The position numbers and the translations under genes are program-made. Under the pieces are notes generated by a model. That model ran no database searches, had not been told where the DNA came from, and saw nothing but the letters and a program-made list of their open reading frames with translations. This document shows, in pieces, positions 52,688 through 64,000 of a stretch of 64,000 bases of DNA. The stretch's first letter is position 1. Each line of letters starts with the position of its first letter. This DNA comes from Lytechinus pictus (lineage: Eukaryota), in contig NC_087245.1 in the NCBI RefSeq assembly GCF_037042905.1, forward strand, positions 42,162,001 to 42,226,000, in the 5' to 3' direction.

Positions 52688-55600
52688 ATGTCATCTCAAA
52701 TCCATCCCAGAGTACCCAAGAAGACAAGAAACACCAGGGCAGACGGCATCATGGAAAGAACAAATCTAAGTACAAGAGTGCCATGAAAGTAAAGATCACA
52801 GACAGGGTACGCCAAATGAGAGAGGCCAAAGCCCAGAAAGACAAACGGAACAAGCTCACGCCCGAAACCCTTGGTCCATTGCAGGTTCAAGAACTCGTTC
52901 TGAAACAAGAATTCAAGGACGTTGGAGAAAAACTTGGTGGGAACATTGTGAAAGAACCGGTTCCAGATGTGGTTTACAAGGACAAGTATGACATCATAAA
53001 GGAGCGAAGGGCGCGTATGTCAAAGGCCATACAAGATCAATGTTCAGTTTCACCAAGCAAAGCTGCCAAAGAGAGTGTGACGACTAGCCCAAAGAAGCGC
53101 CAGAGGCATTCTTCTTCAGGGAGTCAGAAGTCAGACACCAATGTATCAGTACTGCGCAACTCAGAGAGCGGAGAGGAGGGTGCCTTGAAGCAGCAGGCTC
53201 TAGAAGCCCTGCTGGAGATTACGGGGAAAGAGTTTACGAGCATGAACAGTTTTGGCAAGGAGCAGCATCAACAAAATGTGTCCACATCTGAGGAGCCCGT
53301 CATAACCCCCCATACCCCGCCAGCAGTAGCAAAGCAGGATAATGAATTGTTGAAGAGCAATCTTGCTGTATCGCATTTGATGCAGTTTGCAAACAATGCG
53401 CAGATGGTTCAGGCTGATCGAATAAGGATTTATCAAAAGAAACAAATAAATCAAAACAAAGAGGCTGACTTTGGACACTTTAAACTTGTGCCTCATCGAA
53501 AGGAAAGAGGAGATTCAGAGAGTCAGCAGAGTCCGAAGGAAGGAAAGCATATGTGCGATTATTGTGGCCGCAGATGCTCTAAACCTAGTGTACTGAAGAA
53601 GCATATCCGGTCCCACACCGGGGAACGCCCCTATCCCTGCACACCTTGTGGAATCTCATTCAAGACCAAAAGCAACCTCTATAAACATTGCAAATCTCAT
53701 GCACATGCAGCTAAAGCAGGCTTTTCGGGGGCGAGTCCAGATTTAAAGCCATTTGACTCTGATCACGAGAGTGGGTCAGAAGAGACAGATACAGACGAAG
53801 AGGGGAAGGATATTGGAAGAGAACAACACAAAAATCTAGCGGAGAATTGTGCGCAGAGTACCTCATTAACAACTGATCAAGAGAAAAGCATGAACATGAC
53901 AAGTGTTCAAGCCCTTATGAATGGAGGCCGGACCTCAGTACCAGATAGCCATCCTACTTTTGTACCATCAAGTAAGGCCCAGGCTTCCCCTATTGCCAGT
54001 CAAACTGGGAACAGAATGTGGGAGACCATATCCAGTTCACCTCATCTTGGAAACCGTAGCTCTCGGGACCTTCACATGCTGTCGCAACTTTCAACAGACA
54101 TTTTGAATGGCACAAGGGAAAGACAACCAAAAGATAGTTTGCAAGGGTCTTATCTGAGGGACTATGAATCTAATATGTCAAGGCCTAAAAACCAGCTCAA
54201 TGATGAAAATCCATTGTCCAGGCCTTCTGAAACTTCTACAAGTCAGGAAAGATCAGAGGCACCATCACCTAATTCAGAGAGCAACTCAACAGATCAAATA
54301 ATGATCCCACTTAAGAACTTCAACATTGTAAGATCAGGGGGTCATTACCACTTTCAAATCCCAGTGGAAGGAATTCCGGGTTTGTCAGAAGAAGTAATTA
54401 AAGAGCAGTCTAGGTTTGTGCAGGAAAGCAATGATTCAGTAAAAGAAAGAGGAGAAAAATCACGACCAACACTAAACTCTCCCTCCACTCAAATCAAGTT
54501 GCAGCAGCATATTCAAAAACTCATCTCCCAAAATGAGGCTATAGTAGATGATTCTGATTTGGAATCTGTGAAACCAAGAAGACCTAGTTTTTCTTATCGG
54601 GAAAGCATGACAAGCACCCCACCCCAGCTACCTGCCAGCGGCGCATTAGATGTGCGTAATGACTCAAAGACTGTAGCAGAGAGTAGTGTCACCATGGAAA
54701 CAAAGAGAAGGTCAGAGTTGGCTGAGCAAACTAATTTAGACAGCAAGCAGGAAGTTAGAGGAAATCAAGATAGACAGTGGGAAGCACAGACCCTTATGAG
54801 CAGCCAGTACAGCGCACATCTGCACACGGGTCAGTCGAGGCACGGGCTCACTTACAAGGCAGCGGAAGCAGGCATCAATACAGGCCATAAGCTGCCAACT
54901 TCCTCGCCAGTTACTCTTCAGCAGGCAGTGCCAGGGGATGGTAATATAATTAGGAATATACTGCTTGAGCACAAACGTACTCAGCAAGCAACACCTGCTA
55001 GCATGCTAGGCCAGAGTTTACCCATGGATCGTCAACAGTACTCACCCCTTTGGTCTCCAGCCCAGATGCATCTTGCACCATGGATGCTGAAAGATGCTTT
55101 ACCAGGTGGCATGAGATATCCAATGCCAGTCATGTATCCCCATGCAGCCATGATGCAACACTTACCTACTGAACATTTACCTGCAACATCTCAAAGTCAC
55201 CAATTTATGAAGGAGAGTGGAAAAAGTAAACATCATCACACTGAATCTGGAAAGTCCGCTCACAAACGTAAGAAGTGCAAATCGGAGAGTGATGCTTCTG
55301 GGTCTCATGAATCGCATCATTCAAGGAAAAAGGCACGGAAGCACCATGACCATCCAACCATTAAAGAAGAAGTTACAAAAGGTTTGCCCCTTTCTAATGC
55401 TGCACCCAGTCATTCCATGCTGCCAATGTTTTCTCCACCATTTCCTGGTCCGGATGCGAACCAAGCTGCTTACCAACTACCATGGATTCATGCTTCTTTA
55501 CCGAAGGGTACCTCAACCCCCCTTCGGTCTCCCTATTCACCAAAACCCGCAGCGAAGTCTCTGGAAGCAAATTTTCCTGGGGTATCTGTCATTCAACACA

Positions 55601-58600
55601 CTCCCACAACCCCTCATACACCTACCCAGTTCCCATCATTGCCAGGACAACAGATGACTTCTTTCATGCCAGAAAAGGGTGATGGGAAGAGAGACTCGCC
55701 TGCTGGCCTCACACAGTGGGCAAAAGAAATGAGGAGCTCATATCAAGCCCCTCCTGGAAATATGAGGATTGACCTTCAACTTGCCAGCCCTTCTGTCCCA
55801 CATTCACCTCGTCCTGAGGGTTTACTAAAGGTTGCTCCACCTCGATCACCTCTCACACCCAAGACCTTGAGTCTCGCCAGCCCAATGATTCCCAGTGCAC
55901 CTTCAACATTGCAGGACAAAAGTGACCTAGCAAAAGAATTACAGAATGTGGAACAAATGCCTGTTAATGAAGCTCTTGCCAGGAAGAAGAAAAGCTTCAC
56001 CTTGGCTCTCGACGACACCAGTGCCAGAGCTAGTCTTCAGAAACGCAGGAATCTTCCAGCTATTCCAGGATTGAACATGAGTCCTGGAAGATCTGTTCCT
56101 ACAAAGAGAACTCCTGGTGAACAAACTCATGCCTTGGACTTGACAGCAAAAATTCAGTCCATGGGGTCACCCATGTCAGCTAAAATCCCAAGGGTTGATA
56201 TTGCTGCCAGATCACCTGCCTACACACCAACTGAAGGTGGTAAAAAATTTCCAAAGTCACCTATGAAATTTGGAGCTGGAGCAGCCGCTAGGCATAGGCT
56301 TAGTCTTGATCTACAACAACCTTTAACAGCAGCAGTCAAAGGTGCTTCTACTCCTGATGGAGTGAAACCATCCCCAAAGATTGATCCAAGGGTGTTGCTA
56401 TCACCTGAAGCATTGTCTATTGCAGAATCTGTTATGAGGATGTCCCAGTCACCACTAAAGGCTAAAACACCAAGTACACCAGTAGATGCTGCCAGAGAAC
56501 TGGGGCGGCTTGTTGCCCATGCCTTCCATAATGCTGGTGGAAGCATCAAGAGCGTTCTTACAACATCAGATGAAGGAATGATTGTTGGGCCTATAGCTAC
56601 ACCTACTGCTGAAGGTAAACCACAGTCTAAATATTTCATCATGCCATCTCCTTCTTCATCGCATGCTCCAAGTTTTCCATCAAGCTCCTCACCAAGATCA
56701 GAAAAGTCTCCTTTGACCCCAAGTGATAACTTAAGTCCTCAAGGAAAAACACCCTCGGGGAAAAGAGATGCTTCATTTGAGCTTTTCAAAGATGAGGTAT
56801 CCAATGGACTAGATAACTGTGAGAAAACAGATGAGATTGTGCCATCAGGCAGTTCTACCAACCTGACCGGCCAGGAGCCATTAAAGCCATCATTACCTGA
56901 CCTCCCTACCAAAGGAGATAATTCAATTGCTGATCAAGTACTGAAAGTTCTTACTCCAGTTTTACAGCAAGGGAAGGCTGTTACTCCAAGTATGCAACAA
57001 GGAAAAGCATCTACTCCAGTTATGCAGCAAGGCTCACGGAAAACACCCAAGAAACTTGGAAAGGACTTGGCTGATTGGTTTAGCAGTGTCAAGGTAAATA
57101 AGGCAGGGAGTGGACCCGCCCTGGCACCAACTTTCTTGTATGCCAATATCTCATCCAGAATGAAAGGGGTTGCTCAGGTCACTGATTGCACCTCAAGATG
57201 TAGCCAACCTATGTATGTGATGCAGGGATCAAATGTGAAAATTTCCATGTATTCAAACTGGAGACCAGGTGGTAACACAAAGAATCCTCTTGGAGTCTCT
57301 TGGAGAGAACAACTCGGGCTGTACAACTCAGGTATGAACAAAGAAAACATTAAAGATGTTGTCTCAAGCATTAGTCCATCTGGTGGCGGTATCCTGACGC
57401 ACTCCTCGGCCTGGAATATGTCCCTAGAAAAGATCAAGGCTGTCAGCGAGGAGCTTCAAAAGCAAGCAAGTGGTAAACCCATTCAGACTCCAACAGAAAC
57501 TCCAGGGGATGAAGAAACCCCATCATCCTCCCATGATAGTGAAGTCACCATTGAGAAACATGTAAAGGGGAAGGAGCCAAAGCGGATACCCATTTTTGAA
57601 GGAGGCTTCAAGTCCAATGAAGAATATGTGTATGTCAGAGGACGTGGCAGAGGGAAGTATGTCTGCCAGGAGTGTGGAATCAGATGCAAGAAACCCAGTA
57701 TGCTGAAGAAACACATCCGTACCCATACCGATGTGAGACCATTTCAGTGTAGTGTATGCAGTTTTGCATTCAAAACAAAAGGCAATCTCACAAAGCATAT
57801 GAAATCAAAAGCTCATACAAAGAAATGCTTGGAGAATGGGATTAATCCTTCTGACTTGGAACATGAGCATGGCATCGACTCAAGCGTGTATGAGGATGGC
57901 GATGACCATCAGTATTCTGATGCTGATGATAATGAAGATACAGACTCGGCAGATGAGGATTCTGAAGAGGAAGAGATGGATGATGGAATGAATGAAGAGA
58001 TGGAGGTTGATGATCTACCCCAAGAACACCAAGATGGCAATGCTGAAGGGGATTCAGTCTACCATCCTGGTAAGCTCAAGAGATCATACAGTGAAATTTT
58101 GAAGCCACAAGATCTTGCAGATGCTAAGGATGACCTAATGCATGCCTCCAAGCTCACAAGGTCAGAGGTTGTTTGCAAGCTTTCCCAACATCTCACCAAT
58201 AGACAGCGGGCCCATGTTGGTCAAGACAGGGGTCACCCACCACTCACAAAATCCCAGAGCCTATCTCAGCTTCCAACTCTGAAGGCAGGGTTTGGTTACA
58301 AAAGTTCATCCAGAAAATCCCAGCCTCCTCCTGTACTAGACAAGTATGGACATATTATTGCTTTGGAATCATTTGCTCCATCTACCAACCACTATCGACT
58401 TGCCACTGGGAATGCTTCAATCACTGTTCGTTCCTCTTCGACAGAGAGCTGCTCATCAGAGGGTGACCATACTACTAAAGATGGTTCTTTAGCAAATGTT
58501 CCTGATAGAGATATTGAACAGCCAGATGATGTTATAGCCAGCAGAACTCGTGAAAGTGACAGAAGTGTCTCCAATAGAATACCAGTTGAATCCTCAGGTT

Positions 58601-59880
58601 TAGTTAGAGTAACAAATACTCAAGATGAAGTTGTCACAAAACTGTCAGCAAGATCTTCAAGAATGGATGAAGATCATTTAGCTATTCCAGATTCTGTTCC
58701 ATTTAAACCACATGAGAACCTGATTAGAAGGCATGAAAAATCTGACTCAAGGATGCGTTTTTACTCGCCAAGCTCCAAGTTCGAGATTATGCCAGAAACC
58801 GCTCCTCCTGTCATTGAGCCTGTATCAGATGATGAGGGAGAAGGAAGCAGTAGTAAAAATGGAAAGCCAGTATCCGATTTTACCTCAAGCATACCTTCAG
58901 CAAGCTCCTTCCAGAGGACAACAATGGAAGCCTCTGGAAATGCTATCAAGCAGCTGCTCCTAGCGAAACCTCCTACCTGGTCTGCACCTGATGATAAGAC
59001 TCCACTCCAGAGATTTATGTCCCCTTTCCTTCCTCCATCTCCATCAATGTACAATGCTCCTATGCCATCACCAACAACTCATCTGAACCCATTTTCTCCT
59101 GGACCACTCCATCGGTTAGTGTCTCCAATGCTCCCTTCTAAGATGTTTCAGTTACCTCCAACAATCTTACCAATGCACCTGCCATCAAGTTCAGGCATGA
59201 CTAAAGTCAACTACCATTCAGAAAAAGAGAAAGCTTCTTCTCCCATTGCCAGTGAAGGAGATCATGCTGACTTGATCTCTCCAACATCCTCGGGTTCTTC
59301 TGAGAGTCATCTGAAGGATAAGCAGCCATTGGAACACCATGGAGAAGAGCATAGATTGAAAGCAGAGGACAGGCTGGCAATGTCGCCCACAGGAAACTAT
59401 GGTCACCATCGCTGTGCCCAGTGTGGAGAGGCATTCAACAAGCCTAGCCAGCTGCGCATACATGCCAGAATACACACCACTGAAGGAACTTTTACCTGTC
59501 ATGACTGTTCTCTCTCTTTTCCCTCCAAGTATATCTTGTCTAAGCATGAACGCTCAGAGGAACACTTTTTGCGAGTGGAGGGTGTAGAGTTGGCTACTAC
59601 AACAGGTTCAGATTCCAACCCCAGGCCATTTAAGTGCAAAGAGTGTGCCATTGCTTTCCGGATCCCTGGACATCTGGCCAAGCACCTTCGGTCCAAAGGA
59701 CACCTGATGACGCTAGAACGGCAAGGGAAGCTCCCAGCCCACAAACAGGACCTTCTGCATAATCACCCAGATGGAGATGATGGTTTGATGTTATCTCCAA
59801 GTGAGCCAAAGGCACCTGGCAGCCCGGCATCCTCAGAAAAAACAGACAGTGCCAGTGAAGCAGAAGAGGGAAAATCATGA
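52688..59880 (+). CDS. shn: Schnurri/HIVEP-family zinc-finger transcription factor, giant final coding exon (~2400 codons)
   Basis: C2H2 pair 1 [51 protein letters not shown] (53554-53706). HIVEP-type motif [24 protein letters not shown]. Hallmark [20 protein letters not shown] followed by C2H2 pair 2 (57664-57816) and an acidic tract (ZAS). C-terminal C2H2 triplet (59413-59703). Splice acceptor ttttgtttcactacag ends at 52687 (phase 1). First in-frame ATG is gccATG at 52783; stop TGA at 59878-59880. The ORF-track start at 52639 is intronic. Confidence 0.96.
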
Positions 59881-62750
59881 GATTTGCCCCCCCCCCTCTC
59901 AACTTACTCGTAATACTGCTGGGATAAAACTTACCTCTACTGCTTTTTTTCTGCGACAAGGACATCTTTTGTTTCATGTGGAAGTGTTGTGAAAAGCTAA
60001 ATCCTTTTACTTCTTTGTAGAATTTACTGCTATGGAGTATGGAATGTGATTTTGTGAGCGTCTCAATTGAATATGTTGTGGATATCATTGTCATCATTTG
60101 AATTAGAAAGAACATTTTTGGAATACTTGAATTGTGCTCATCATCATCATCATCAAGCCCTCAATTTAATTCTATTTGCTATGGAAATTGCATGGATTTG
60201 TGTTGTGTAATTGTTTAGAATTTATGAAGTTCATTGGATCTTCTGCATAACAGTGGAGAAGTATTTTCATTATCATCACAAGAACATATAACTACTTCAT
60301 GAGAATATACGCAAAGTGGACTCAGAAATCATGAAATCGCAAGGACAGTGGTCGCAGATCAGGTTCGCAGATTTTAAGACAAGGAGAACAGCATTACAAA
60401 CTCTGACAAAGTGCTTCAAGATAACAAACCAGGGAAATCAAATTTTCTTACTTTATTCATGCATACCTTGCTGTACCAATTGAGGTATATCACTTTGTTA
60501 TTTTCTGCTTTGATTGGTGTCAGGTCAGTGTTTCTATGTGAAACTGATTTTCCTTGAAGATTAGAACTGTTGAATTTTCTGACATTCAGAATGATTTTGC
60601 AGTTCTGGCATTTACTACAACTATACCAATATGTTTTTTATTCTCATTTAAAAGAAGTTTCAGTTCTTTCATGTGATATAATTACTTTGACTGAAAACTG
60701 ACATTGCAAAGGAACACACATTTTTAATATATATATGTTTTTTTTTTTTTTTTCTATTGCCAAATACTTTTTTTTTTCTCAAATAGTTTGCCAGAATAAG
60801 AAACTCTTTCTATTGTTGTAGAAGGTGGTTGGTCGTTAAGCTTACATTCATAGGTGTGTGCCAACATTAATTCTCTTCATTCGGTTCATGTATATTGACA
60901 AGGCTACCTTTCACAATGCATGCAGTGACATTGACAAAATATTGTATTGACCACATCGTTGTCATGTGCCAAATTGTGAATTTTTGTCTCTTTTTTTCCC
61001 TTCTATCCCACAATGGGATATGTTGATAGTATTTCCTGACGTTCCAAGGTTCTATCGAAATCCATGCAGAATACACCCTATGCAGCTTGATTTTAAGTGG
61101 TGTTCAGTGTAGGTAGAGGCTAACCAATAGTGTGATAGCAATAATCATTTGATATTATACTGAAACAATTTAATAGAAAAGTGTAGTACTTTTTTTAATC
61201 CTTTTTTTTCCGTGGCTTAGAATATTCGAAAAAATACACAATGCTGCTGTGTAATCCACTACAACACTACTTAAAATTCCGTGTAAAAATAGAGAGCATC
61301 ACTACGTCATTGCCAAGTATTCATGTATAGAAATAATGAAGTGGATTATATATGTGTTCACTGTAAATTTGGTGTTAGTGTATATATGTTAAAGAACCAG
61401 CGACTAATCTGCTAGGTTTCTATCATGGGCGGATGTACATTTCGATGTATATTCCACACTATTAATCTAACACGGGCAGAAGTACTTAATAGCAGACATA
61501 CATTGAATCGGATATGTCTTGTCTTAGTGATGCAGGTAAGGGGTTAGGGATGTTCTGCTTTATACTACTTACGCCGACTCAAATATATATCGTGATATAT
61601 GACATCTTTTTTTGTTCATTGAGACAACACAAAACAATACTCTAACTTCCAGTAAGGTTGACAATATCTTCTCGCTAATTGGAACTTGTTCCAGGTTTCA
61701 ACAATTTTTGCCTGATTCCTGTTAACCACAATTCAAAATGCCCCCCCACTCCTTAATTCTTATTATTTTGTAGCATTTTCTTTGCTATCAGCTTATGAAT
61801 AGCGGAAAAGGGCTAAAATTGGCATGGATTTAAGTAAAACCTATTTAATTTGAAATCGGTATAATTATCTGTCTGCGGACTGGCACTGCCATGCACCATA
61901 TTTCTGAGTGCTACATAAATGAAATGATAATGGGGTAATGACATAACGATGTATTAAAGGAAGGATTTCTTTTATTATTGATGTTGTGTAGGGCTAACCA
62001 TTGAACTCACTCTGCTGAGTTCAGTGGTACAGTCTAATATTAATTCTCAGGATTGAGACCTATGATAACACATTTAGAAATTGAAAGGAAACTTGAGGTA
62101 ATGTACCAAAGAAAATAAGATTTCTCTGTCTTACTTAAGGTTAAGTATTGTTTAAGAAAGTTGTCTTACAAATCCTCATCCAGTTCACCGTTGATGATAT
62201 TAAGAAAATGTCATATACCATAGTCGATACAAAGGATGGTGTTTAATATAGCTGTTTGTACGTTACGAGCGACTGAACAAATGACTGGTGATCCTTTCTC
62301 AGAAGCTAAATCAACACCGGTGAAAATTTGCATTCATTTACCACAAGAAAAGGATCACCAGTCGTTTGTAACGTCGCTTGTAACTTGCGGACAGCTTTAT
62401 GAAACACCCACCAGGTGGAAGATGAAGCATTATGTTTGCAGACAAATATATCGTTATGGCTTTGACGTGGACATTTTAGATATGAAGGGATCCTGACAGG
62501 GTAGTCTACTGTTACATGTTTATTATGATGCGAATTTGAAGAAAACAAAATGAGACTTGCTATATGAACATAAAAAATATTTTTATACAGTGTGTAGTTT
62601 TGCCTAGTCACTTAAAATCTATAACAAAAAGTAACTAGCTCACAAAAATTTGTTGCCTTAGACTGTGTTTAGAAAGAGAAATAGAAATATATATATATAT
62701 ACATAGATATATATACATATAAACATATATACAGATATGTAAATGGAAGA
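59881..62750 (+). other. Putative long 3' UTR of shn (end not determined)
   Basis: Follows the stop codon, is U-rich and is largely free of transposons up to ~62230. No canonical AATAAA seen by eye; ATTAAA occurs near 61953 and 63202. Confidence 0.5.
62233..62412. mobile_element. Short palindromic MITE; second copy at ~34590-34737
   Basis: GACTGGTGATCCT ... AGGATCACCAGTC inner inverted repeat and GCTTTATGAAACACCCA end are present in both copies. Confidence 0.75.
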
Positions 62751-64000
62751 AAAAAATACTTTTGACCTACCGAAATAGCGGATTGGCCTAAGTAGGGTTG
62801 GAAAACAGTATTGGGAACTTTATTAGATGTTGTTGTATGTGATCGGATGTCAAATTTATATGTCAGATGAAGCTATTTTTGCACAAATTAGAAGGCTTTA
62901 TGGTGAAGAACTAGAGATTTGTAATAGGTGTACGGATATTACTGGTTTTTGTAGTCAGAGATGGTATGGTTCTGGTGCTTAGCCCCTTTCACTGGAGTTG
63001 ATAGAAAACCCCCAAATGTACATTTTTGCATTATCCGCAGATGTATCTCCAACACCAGGCCATGTGATATATTCTTGTGCATGCGTATTTGGCCAGTGCG
63101 GTCTGATCCGTAGCTTGGATTTTTCCTTTTTTTCTGGAGAATTTGAATGATTTATATATTCCTGGCTATCTTAGTATTGATATCAGACAGAATGCCACCA
63201 ATATTAAAGCAACAAGGGCATATTCATGGTACACACAAAAGATAGGGGCTAGGCACCACATCCTCTGTAAAGTATTGTCAGAATTAACACAATGTTTTGT
63301 GTTTATTTAGGGTGGATATATTGGTGATAATTTTTGCAAAAAAGCAGTCACTTACTAGATAAATTTGTGTAATGCAAGAGGCAGCCATCCTCACTAATGA
63401 TGGATTTTTTTGGGGCAGCTGTTATTGCTTTTTCTTGGTGTTTTTCAAAGGAAAATTTGGTAGAAATCATAAAAAATTACAGAAATTTAACATTTGATTT
63501 TACATGTAGGTATGCATGTACAGGTAAACCTTCCAACTCACACATATTTCTCTCTTTGTGTCTGTCTGTCTCTCTCCCTCTCTCTCTCCCTTTCCCTATC
63601 TCTTTGTATATTATCCAGCCCTGTTTCCCTTCCCCTTCTCTCACGTGAATGTCGTAGCTTGCGGTGATCATCTTCCTATACGAAACCTCTTGTTTGCCCT
63701 AATCTCACCTCAAATCTGTGAGACAGTGATGAAAATTAGTGATTGCGGGATGTCATTTTCAAGCTGTAGAGGCAAGGAATTCAAGCCGTGTTTTGGGGGG
63801 GGGGGAGTTTGATTGGGTTTCCTCCTGCCTCATTTTTGCTGAGAGTGGAAAAAATTATTGTTTAGTTAAATAAGGAACATGGCAGCATCATTAATTGGTG
63901 GGATATTTTCTGTTGAGAAATAGTTGAATGTGTGTGGCATTCTTTGTCCTTCACTGCAAGACCTGTTCCGAACGTGGATTCCTGTTCTCTCTTCATCTTA

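Noticed and set aside
55776..59744. Antisense ORFs within the shn exon
   Set aside because: These are short shadow ORFs expected opposite a long coding sequence.

Overview
AT-rich eukaryotic (animal) genomic DNA. The repeat families and SINE types suggest an echinoderm such as a sea urchin, which is an inference. The only clear protein-coding gene is a Schnurri/HIVEP (ZAS-family) zinc-finger transcription factor on the + strand. Almost all of its CDS lies in one ~7.2-kb exon (52688-59880), followed by a long putative 3' UTR. The upstream ~52 kb looks like 5' intronic/regulatory DNA with one or two candidate small exons. It is dense with non-autonomous transposons: TTAA-target Kolobok/T2-type MITEs, TNA-target Harbinger-like MITEs, GG...CC elements with 8-9-bp TSDs, hAT-like MITEs, Helentron-associated (HINE/DINE-1-like) elements and tRNA-derived SINEs. 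Three observations stand out. (1) The palindromes TACATGTA and TAGGCCTA are in strong excess, are often stacked, and are visibly inserted at TA sites inside older repeats. This is consistent with pervasive transposon excision footprints, and candidate donor elements are present in the window. (2) The Schnurri protein retains the C-terminal zinc-finger triplet of fly Shn/worm SMA-9 that vertebrate HIVEPs lack. (3) A junction between two transposons is duplicated 42 kb apart. All counts are by eye.
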